Of a DNA stretch of 64,000 nucleotides, positions 59,801-64,000 are shown one piece after another. Below the pieces are notes generated by a model. The model was not told the origin of the DNA. It saw only the letters and a program-made list of their open reading frames with translations, and made no database searches. Origin of the DNA: a virus; IMG/VR virus record IMGVR_UViG_3300021375_001810. The stretch is one strand, 5' to 3'. The stretch's first letter is position 1, and the number at the start of each line of letters is the position of its first letter. A program made the translations under genes and the position numbers.

Positions 59801-62800
59801 GGCTTTAAAAATTGAGTATCCAAAGAAATTATTAAATACATCTCCAATTACAGTAAAGTCGCGTTTAAATTTAACGCCGTCTGCCAATGGACTTAATGAT
59901 ATTAAACTTCCTGTGTCCCAGCCTTGTGTTGTCCAGAATAAGAATTCTTTAGCACTTAACTTAAAGTTTTTAATTGATTGCATATCTGCATCAAAGCCTT
60001 CAAAGTTAAAACCTAATGTTTCTAAATATCTTTGATACCCTAATAGAAAGTCTACTACTTCTTGACTTGTTCTAAATAGTGTTCCGTAAGGTAAACTTAA
60101 TATTTCTGATTTCCAGGATGAACGGAAAATTGCTTCGCGGCCACCTTCTTGTGGAAGAGCTGCTAATTTTATAAATTTGCTTCCATCAAATGTTTGTCCA
60201 CTAGTATGTGCTTCTTTAACTCTGTAGTACAAATCGTTATACTCTACAACTTGTCCTTCTAAGTATTGTTTTGATTCACTCCACTGTACAAATATCTCGC
60301 TAACGCCTCCAATACTTACTAGAGGATCGCCATTAATAACATTGTAATCGTAATATTTGAATACAGGATTAGTACTATCATATCCTCTAACTATATAACC
60401 CAGAGCACTTCGTTCAATAACAACTCCGCTGTAAGTAATAATATCAGTTGGTGAACTTTGTGAAAGTATTATATTGTAGTTTTCTTGTGGTATAAAAACA
60501 TTACCTTCATTCAACGGTGTTCTTGAATCCAGTATTAAATTAAATTTAGATTTATCAGTAAACCCGCCTAGTCTAAATGATAATTGATTTGTAAGGTTTG
60601 CTAATTTATCTTGATACTCTGTATAATTAGTAAGAACATTACTTGACAAATAGTTTGCAATAAAGTTTACTAGTCCTGCTGTTAACACTCGCACATCAAC
60701 TGCTTGACTATTATTAGGGAATTTTAATTCACTAAGATTGATTCTTTTTGATGTATCAGAATAAACAATTTGTCCTGCATTATTTCTTATAGTTCTAGAT
60801 CTATCAAATCCAAGTCCTATAATTTTTGAAGGTTGATTCAAACACCAAGATCTTAATAATGCAAATGGATACTCACTACTTCTGCGCCAGGCTGTTTCTG
60901 CAGGTGCTTCGTCACCAAATACAAACGGTGACGCTGTTAAGTTACTAATAAATCCTTGTGCATATCCACTCTCTAATGGGCTTATTAAATTGCCGCCATC
61001 GTCGACCGGTAAATGATCAGTTAAGTTTGTTCTCTTGTATTGTTCCTTAATTACAATAGGCTTATTAGGTTGTCTAATTACACCATTTTGTATATCTTCC
61101 CATAGGAATAAATTATCTTTAGTGTATGGTGCAGGACCATATACAGCTTCCCACCAACTTGGCTGTTTAAAGAATCCTTGCATTTCCCAAGGATGTGTAT
61201 GTGGACGATCTGTATCATATGCATCTTTGTAAACAGCTCTCCAATATCCTGCTAATTTCTTGCCACTTGGGGATGTCATAAAACTATAATTGTAAGTAAA
61301 CGGGTTACCTCTTACATAACCTGTATTTTCAGTATAGTCTACATCACCTACTGAAGCAAGCCAACTTGCAAAATCACTAATTAATGCATTATCAATATCT
61401 TTTTTGTATACGCCTGTATTTCTATCTTCCCCACCAATAAAATCATGTATATTAACAACATTTGAATCGTAGGATATTTTAATGTTATTGTATATTCTTT
61501 TTTCTAATTCTAATATTAGATCATCTCTATAATCATTAAATGCTAAAATCTTAGAACCATCATGTCCTTGAATAACTTTTCTAGTAGTAATGTAAGTACT
61601 ATCATCAAAAATCTGAGGGACAAACTTGGGATATAATCCTAGTTTGGTTGGTGTTGGTGGAATAAACGAACCGTCTGTTGTTTCATATTCAAAAATATCA
61701 ATTATGTCGCCGTTTGTTGTAGGCTTACTTATTACACAAAACCCTTCATTGTTAAATGTATAATCGTTTCCGTAAATAAGTTGTTCACCATTAATATAAA
61801 CTGTTACTGCTTTTACGCTTAGTTCATTATTATTATGTGTTTGTGAAAGTGCATAAAACTGATTATTTGTATCAAAGACAGTATATGTAATTTTCTTTTC
61901 ACCGCCCGACGGTGCCATATCACTAAAGTAAAACGGCATGTCTATACTTCTATTTTGGCCTAGTTCTTTAAGTATAACATCAACGTGACCTTTTACAGTT
62001 CCGTCATATCCTGTTGTTAAACTAGTTTGTAAAAATGTTCTTTTAAACTTTGCATACTCGCGTCTATTAAATTCAAGAGCTTTAATAATGTTTGTATCTT
62101 TGTCTGTTAAATGATATAACGATAAATTAATTGGACCAGTGTGTTGTACAAACTTTTTACCATATAATGCAATATTACCTAAATCTCTAAGATTACTATT
62201 ACCAGGATATACACCACTAAAGTTATTAATTTCTTCAACTACTGTACTAATATGATCATTAACTTCACCTAGTGTAAATGTTTCAATATTATCGTTACTA
62301 GGATTTCTTTCAAAGTTTGCTGGTACTTCATACAATCCATTGTTATTTTTAAGTGTATGGGATTTAGTTTTAATTAAAACAATATCATTTTCATTTAATT
62401 CTGATGTAAATATAATTTTTGCATCATGGTTTGTTCTATCAATAGTGTAATCAGTATTTTCAAATTTAAGTGAATTGTTAACAAAGACTTTTACTATTAG
62501 ATCAGTTAGCTCGGCACTTCGATCATATGTATCAATAACAAATTCGGTTTGGTTATCTAAACTAGTATACTGTCTCAATACATATTGACTACTAGACATT
62601 GGTGCTTTAATCCAAGCATTTACATAATCAAATGTATCAATGTTTTTAAATTTTTGTAAACTATACGTATCAGTTTTATTAGTAATAACGTCAGTACTAA
62701 TTACTGTAGGTGTATATGTAAATGTATCTGATAATAAATTAAAATCAAAAACAATATCACCTACATTAGAAATACTTCTATAACTTAACGGAAAGCCTAG

Positions 62801-64000
62801 TTCAGAATCATTAGATCCTGTACCTACTTTATACGAAAATACTTTGTTACCTTCAAACGTTGTATTAGGATAGTATTCTGAATCGCCTATACTGTATCCA
62901 GACTCGTCAAATAAGTCAAATAACGGTTGCTGGTTAACGTCAGTTTTTTCTTGTGTAACATTCCAAGTTGAACCGTTAAAGTAAAACATTTTACCTTTAT
63001 TTTCAACACCATTTAATACTAGTACTGTTTCGTTAGTAGTCGGTGAAGAGTCTGTTTCTTCTATCAAAGATATTTGACGTCTGCCTTTGTGTTTGATAAA
63101 TGAAACTTTAAATATTTTTCCAGACTGACGTATGTCTTCTTCTGCTGTAAATAGTACACGCATACCATTAACAAGTTTTACTCCGTCAACTGTATATCCT
63201 ATTGCACCTTCAATAGTAGAAAATATATCTTTAGTAAATGTATCAACTAAATCTACATTAGTTTTACTTTGTGATCCAAATTGGAAAAGTTTTAATCCTG
63301 AATTAAATTCAATAATAGGTCTTGATGCTCTTGCACTTTGGTCAACTGATATGCCTTGATTATTATAGGCTGCAGATTTTTCGATTACATCTCTATGGAA
63401 CCATCTATTGTGTCTTGACCAAGGACTTCTTTCAGGAGAAGCACGATTAATAACAATATAATCTTTAGTATTTGTATAACCACTAGCATTGTCAAATGGC
63501 AATCTATCAAATGAATTTGTATCAAACGGTATTGATAAGTCTGTTACATAACTACTAGTAACTTCTAAGTCAGTTTCACTAACTAACTTAATTTTATCAC
63601 CTACTCCTTCAACATACCATTCGCCTTCTGCATATTTTGCAGGAGTTACATTTCCTAAAAATTCAACTTTCATACCATTTGATAATGAAAGTCCTTTTAC
63701 TGTAGTATAATTCTTTTTACCAATAATTTCGTTTTCAACATTAAGGTCTGTATTTTCGTCAATGTCTTTAATTTTAATTAAGCCGCCATTATTAATATCA
63801 TTGTTTGCAACGTAATATAATAGTTCAGGTGCACCCGGAGCCACTGTAAATGTAATAGAACCTTTTTCTACATTTTGTGCCGAAACGCCGTCATCATAAT
63901 TAAACTCTGGATCTAATGTTTTTTTAGTTTTTATTGTAAACGGAAATCCTTCTGAATTAATTTCAAAAGTATAAGTCTGACCTCTATATAAAGTTAAACT
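47861..64000 (-). CDS. Giant (>5,370 aa) virion structural protein, probably baseplate/adhesin; 5' end outside the window
   Basis: Frame is open to 64000. Contains beta-propeller-like FG...VGAP repeats, CBM-like W..Y..G.VV.Y modules and GSGY..P..GGGG.GA repeats. Confidence 0.85.
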   Translation of the reverse strand, partial: SLTLYRGQTYTFEINSEGFPFTIKTKKTLDPEFNYDDGVSAQNVEKGSITFTVAPGAPELLYYVANNDINNGGLIKIKDIDENTDLNVENEIIGKKNYTTVKGLSLSNGMKVEFLGNVTPAKYAEGEWYVEGVGDKIKLVSETDLEVTSSYVTDLSIPFDTNSFDRLPFDNASGYTNTKDYIVINRASPERSPWSRHNRWFHRDVIEKSAAYNNQGISVDQSARASRPIIEFNSGLKLFQFGSQSKTNVDLVDTFTKDIFSTIEGAIGYTVDGVKLVNGMRVLFTAEEDIRQSGKIFKVSFIKHKGRRQISLIEETDSSPTTNETVLVLNGVENKGKMFYFNGSTWNVTQEKTDVNQQPLFDLFDESGYSIGDSEYYPNTTFEGNKVFSYKVGTGSNDSELGFPLSYRSISNVGDIVFDFNLLSDTFTYTPTVISTDVITNKTDTYSLQKFKNIDTFDYVNAWIKAPMSSSQYVLRQYTSLDNQTEFVIDTYDRSAELTDLIVKVFVNNSLKFENTDYTIDRTNHDAKIIFTSELNENDIVLIKTKSHTLKNNNGLYEVPANFERNPSNDNIETFTLGEVNDHISTVVEEINNFSGVYPGNSNLRDLGNIALYGKKFVQHTGPINLSLYHLTDKDTNIIKALEFNRREYAKFKRTFLQTSLTTGYDGTVKGHVDVILKELGQNRSIDMPFYFSDMAPSGGEKKITYTVFDTNNQFYALSQTHNNNELSVKAVTVYINGEQLIYGNDYTFNNEGFCVISKPTTNGDIIDIFEYETTDGSFIPPTPTKLGLYPKFVPQIFDDSTYITTRKVIQGHDGSKILAFNDYRDDLILELEKRIYNNIKISYDSNVVNIHDFIGGEDRNTGVYKKDIDNALISDFASWLASVGDVDYTENTGYVRGNPFTYNYSFMTSPSGKKLAGYWRAVYKDAYDTDRPHTHPWEMQGFFKQPSWWEAVYGPAPYTKDNLFLWEDIQNGVIRQPNKPIVIKEQYKRTNLTDHLPVDDGGNLISPLESGYAQGFISNLTASPFVFGDEAPAETAWRRSSEYPFALLRSWCLNQPSKIIGLGFDRSRTIRNNAGQIVYSDTSKRINLSELKFPNNSQAVDVRVLTAGLVNFIANYLSSNVLTNYTEYQDKLANLTNQLSFRLGGFTDKSKFNLILDSRTPLNEGNVFIPQENYNIILSQSSPTDIITYSGVVIERSALGYIVRGYDSTNPVFKYYDYNVINGDPLVSIGGVSEIFVQWSESKQYLEGQVVEYNDLYYRVKEAHTSGQTFDGSKFIKLAALPQEGGREAIFRSSWKSEILSLPYGTLFRTSQEVVDFLLGYQRYLETLGFNFEGFDADMQSIKNFKLSAKEFLFWTTQGWDTGSLISLSPLADGVKFKRDFTVIGDVFNNFFGYSIFKADGTKLKEDVLTVSRTDDEFNIKPKNTADGIYAIKLAAEQTEHVVILDNETEFKDVIYDRQAGYRQERIRVLGYRTADWNGSLNIPGFLYDSAEITLWEQYKDYEIGSIVKNKEFYYSAYKKVSGTQNFTENDWLRLDAKPESQLLTNINYKVDQFADFYDLDTDNFDLDQQEVAQHLIGYQKRNYLANIINDDVSQYKFYQGYIQDKGTKNALTKLFDALGAADKESLEFFEEWALRLGQYGAADGFDELEIKLDEEKFKLSPQPIQLTEEPETDNLIYNIPESEVYLKPSNYNNTPFPTKFVPEGETQVRTAGYVRTEDIKYTVVDKSDILNIAIDDLNQGEYVWVTFEDQSWNVYKHIDSGFIVTGVTANGTSATISLDRRSSFVKDDIIGITNLTGFEGFFKVTSSATNTVTVATTITLDDPIVNAKGVLTKFVSNRVKSLPEANSYTQNTIDNRELLWVDDMGDGRWGVLKNSASYHDNLTIINPLEADSTNPLFGSSITASDDNTVIVVGAPNNEDGKVFVYTSDDSSASLSQVLSPISGLSSVNSKFGESITMSPDGEYLVIASPEASNVKSNFKDDFDASITYPFASVVEYNNSLWKARRIVKGQTSNVVFDTFDSAPQVKEYLLDKYAEFDESIIYNVGNITTYLGDIYIATARSNPGPRIPANWSSVGENKNILTGDYPLTNTETDHILVRAPATAYEGSVTGDKVYFDWNEVSHAYEPIDKSEIIDIKFESVPPEFPNVTNVTTGIRLQTNLEHGLVDGDQIIITDVPNNTISTSGFDNSDQTLPLNEVQNKGVTGLEYNKYYVKVKSTKEVYLYTTYAIDTLVNGTNNIQGAAFQGSAIPGGQFNGNLRKVRSLFDNRMVGFGCELEYELDDNGTIYNLTIKNDLSDPSNPTPIQGTGYTNPVIKITDTGTGNSAVATATVTNGRITAVNLVAGGVDYTDSTINIEIVDTETRVNTEWLTSNVHTIQSKVDEIFYILDPLNVPEIGDIVTTSTGNATVVYTKFELGKLVIYANNKNGVFTETGTLEISSTFRIGEFTRPAHEQIETSDVLGGYWKISLDTIETGFKINPNARTIDYAPSIVLRDVRLIGDASSPLPYKSSIQSLLTVPPVQLTTGKVLQKQSHYITNISYNGNANTVADARIDILSNKWLLRADKAISDKVVAERALSNSPQLGIWLNQIVRPDGTIQDETFSGLTSEIINDTHTIVDVWDGYVDVVLTNTTDQAQVGDILVEGTNGRAEIVYYQRDGNDARYYIKVQSGTFTQGADYGPAGAQSLPAYQIRKIDSQQVLSPVIGTSLRTSIDDNTIGKLMVFEHSQNLPIPTRNRATDLASFNSDVISGFDLEYFTWIQENRNGTQRLSLVPEVANNDWEKVYNIPVVSTGEASSFTNEGVFYVYQRNATTSEYDLVNGYILPNRVSSRRLGQQIKIIKTGNLYKLLINSKEGAGKIYTVLNGTSETGTVYDWQLSKDVKFRGIYNNSVIYYIDDVVYYNGNFYKALTNIQGEEFTATKWTQLKDHIDFIGAIPNTIGYKFADDSVLENDVTAFGTSFDVSDDGKTIASISAYGDLKRIAVYKYHDEHYELFQILEIPNSSMEFGETVSVADDGKLIAVGAPGSTYLSARQGQVFVYAQKETGYELIQTLVAQNSEPIENFGYQLSFDGNQLAVSSANGNIELDTTYDNDGTVFDNGFTNFSRTLIDSGSIYLYERVRDALVYGQQLSYRDFDVKDFGRDIIVKNDKIYVGLINDNIDGTIGKVVQFEKDGVNTWTEHRTPNDQINLDKFKGSFMYNTSSNEYLTSLDLIDPVQGKISGLAEQELSFKTYYDPATYTTATNTAVTVDQYNSWSVKNIGKLWWDLSTVKFLNAYQGDAIYSANSWNTLAPGASVDIYEWVETTLTPTQWDTQADTPAGIRLGISGKTKYGESAYCTRQDYDKISGTFTTKYYYWVKDKKTTPNIENRNKSAFDVAAIIIDPVSQNLKFANLLTTNSLVIRNCDKLLENQDIAVNFRYWTIDDQSINVHNEYQIISEGLYTSKPKSTLELKWFDSLIGQDAYGRPVPDPALSAKQKYGVLNRPRQSWFVNREEAVSQAFTRINKVIKQELIDDNYNITTLLEKDPEPSAISATWDRRVDTDAELSIIGTAKAQVAILEPVVVNGIVTQVNIINKGYSYSDPSYNTTIGGIRKGPKITAIGTGEGLELESTINALGQITSVTVVNGGRNYADSLTLIVRPLSVLVGADSTLDGDWAIYGWDLETQEFTITSKEKYDVSDYWNYIDWYDTGFSQLTSIDYLVQETYELNEIDDKIGDIVKVENVGTGGWLLLEKTLNADVPDYTVNYRTIGRQDGTLQFVTTISSDSTNKIALRKILTALRDNIFVGNLELEYNNLFFACLRYVFSEQSYVDWAFKTSFIKAKHNVGNLVQKTNYQNDNLPSFEEYVNEVKPYKTNIREYLSAYEGKDNTSSVITDYDLPAVYNSNIGKIVPSDFIVENDRLSSVLTDVSDYPARHWVDNSSYFIDSVLIKDGGSGYTETPLVTFVGGGGTGATAKAFIGNGVIKKIEITNPGTGYYSAPLIQFEGTQTQEGTQPVVSVIIGNGKVRATKIAQKFDRITTDIVLADIQEQETFVASGSQLKFNTKWPLQLSTNTINVTIDGIQALSSQYEYKNVEDSTKGYTRKTGQIEFSFAPAKDSTVLITYNRSLDLLNAAERIQFLYEAQSGLYGKDFAQLMDGVDYGGVQVKSFEFGAKLGWDNDPWYATTWDSYDDGFEDEIITLDGSTIQITLSKPLENDVVYNVYLNGVRIDDPNFGTGNPVANPNAITQSLTGDGVQTTIFLDNDGLNINGEGSSLDSEYNNGALIAENNGTVFDRALTVNGLKLVVAGAVGGQLAVPNEWAKKTARTFELMTDPNGAGINTTHQRNFLKTLKGDAGTKHAGIPTIQRVGYGGGSTYTPNWLEDAGIPSYAGLQAFNDSVAQKDMVWYKNINGNNPPTQRRDIEEIFEHIFHTIHAFGIPGAVPGSSDAVEMNPDIRIGNEPSFDWKTTALHLAMKEAIDAGLYDPSGYATDWNTDPEKAAVAYTEYTYLVNWSMWDMSVYWDGGSLSPEWDDSLKTPAGMLANNPLGYALFNTYFAPVLSKPDFATIESIFGENDTGVSGYVVDVISSGDEVGAGDTIIVRKASSDGSFLPDTFTLDTVIEGGNLAYGTATGLKSEDITIDGDGFVTLTTSKGPEELVPGQVLDTLDIKVYDKVADGGSTIAVRNYTASATQNKTFDLSLLPHNIESLIVKVDNVIQGPIDDSSYPYEIDFVEKTLTFNEALTVGQRVSIISMSGNGENILDIDNFVADGSTQIFVTNVLWNDNISTYISVDGKKAVADIFETDSTYDGRAGLVGLKFITPPAPGAFIYYAVYASSSLSYSEVTVDRFEGDGSSVGFTLSTPPSSSLPLSHNVVVKVDNKILYPGYNQQFIISPSREYTFDLHQVARASVSPEDIAVYLNDVQLSYLQDFNWDFNNSAVVLFDNVGVNGDTLDVFVLNDGEYEFDRNVELTLDSDSITGQFSQGEEVRIGSADSTQFEATVKTFAGNILVVIGDSANIIASLTTDPTIQIQGLLSGAIATSVTGFKGVESGDRIILTDTPALDAKVDVYKFNKHDIQNIERVTQDVVSRSTLVLGSDDYYEYNKLTQGLVELRLPAVDPAYLWVSLNGQLLSANVDYTITEDLRYLKVTKPLVKDDRLDVVHFAGNRVNDRFGFRIFKDMLNRTHYKRLNSSKIFVLDQELNYFDKDIKLVNATGISQPDPSINVPGVVFIDGERIEYFKVEDNVLSQLRRGTLGTGVKTTYNAGTELMDQSAYQTVPYTDEIRTLQFEADGSTATYALDWATTNINEFEVFVAGRRLRKQAISVFDTTIDQDSPEADITVDAEFTISNNAITLNTIPVAGTKVFIIRKIGKTWQESGESLRVAQNPIAEFLRDQTIDLPK

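Noticed and set aside
1-64000. Stop-codon reassignment
   Set aside because: Conserved genes are full-length in the standard code, and TAA, TAG and TGA all end genes at sensible positions.
1-64000. CRISPR array, tRNA genes, introns/inteins, diversity-generating retroelement
   Set aside because: By eye I saw no spaced direct repeats, cloverleafs or reverse transcriptase. PolB, ClpA and ThyX are of normal length, and intergenic gaps are short. A tRNAscan/Infernal run would be needed to be sure.

Overview
This is a 64-kb AT-rich segment of a large tailed dsDNA phage, probably a jumbo T4-like myovirus of a Gram-negative (likely proteobacterial) host. It is densely coded in the standard code, and I saw no tRNA, CRISPR array, integrase or intron. 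In order it holds: thyX and phoH; a lysis cassette (GH19 endolysin, an ACP-like protein lacking the carrier Ser, i/o-spanins); iscS-iscU; DnaJ-Def-ClpA; a late block of probable capsid-internal polyproteins; family B DNA polymerase; a TagD-like cytidylyltransferase; a ~9.3-kb 7-deazaguanine cluster; 5'-3' exonuclease; a MoxR/vWA pair; tail fibres; and a >5,300-aa structural ORF running off the right end. The deazaguanine cluster has a putative sliding clamp, a TGT/DpdA-like transglycosylase, a DpdL-like T-fold protein, FolE and QueE. Interleaved with these are a GT-B glycosyltransferase, a cupin, a 2OG-Fe(II) oxygenase, a PRTase and a HIT protein. It is the best candidate for a new system: possibly replication-coupled, hydroxylated/glycosylated 7-deazaguanine in DNA. 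Supporting clues are an FN[SA]LFD tail shared by the transglycosylase and PolB, twin promoters, and a riboswitch-like folE leader. Two promoter classes are visible: sigma70 TTGAC(A/T)-N17-TATAAT and a T4-like late TAAATA box. All calls come from reading motifs by eye; no database searches were run.
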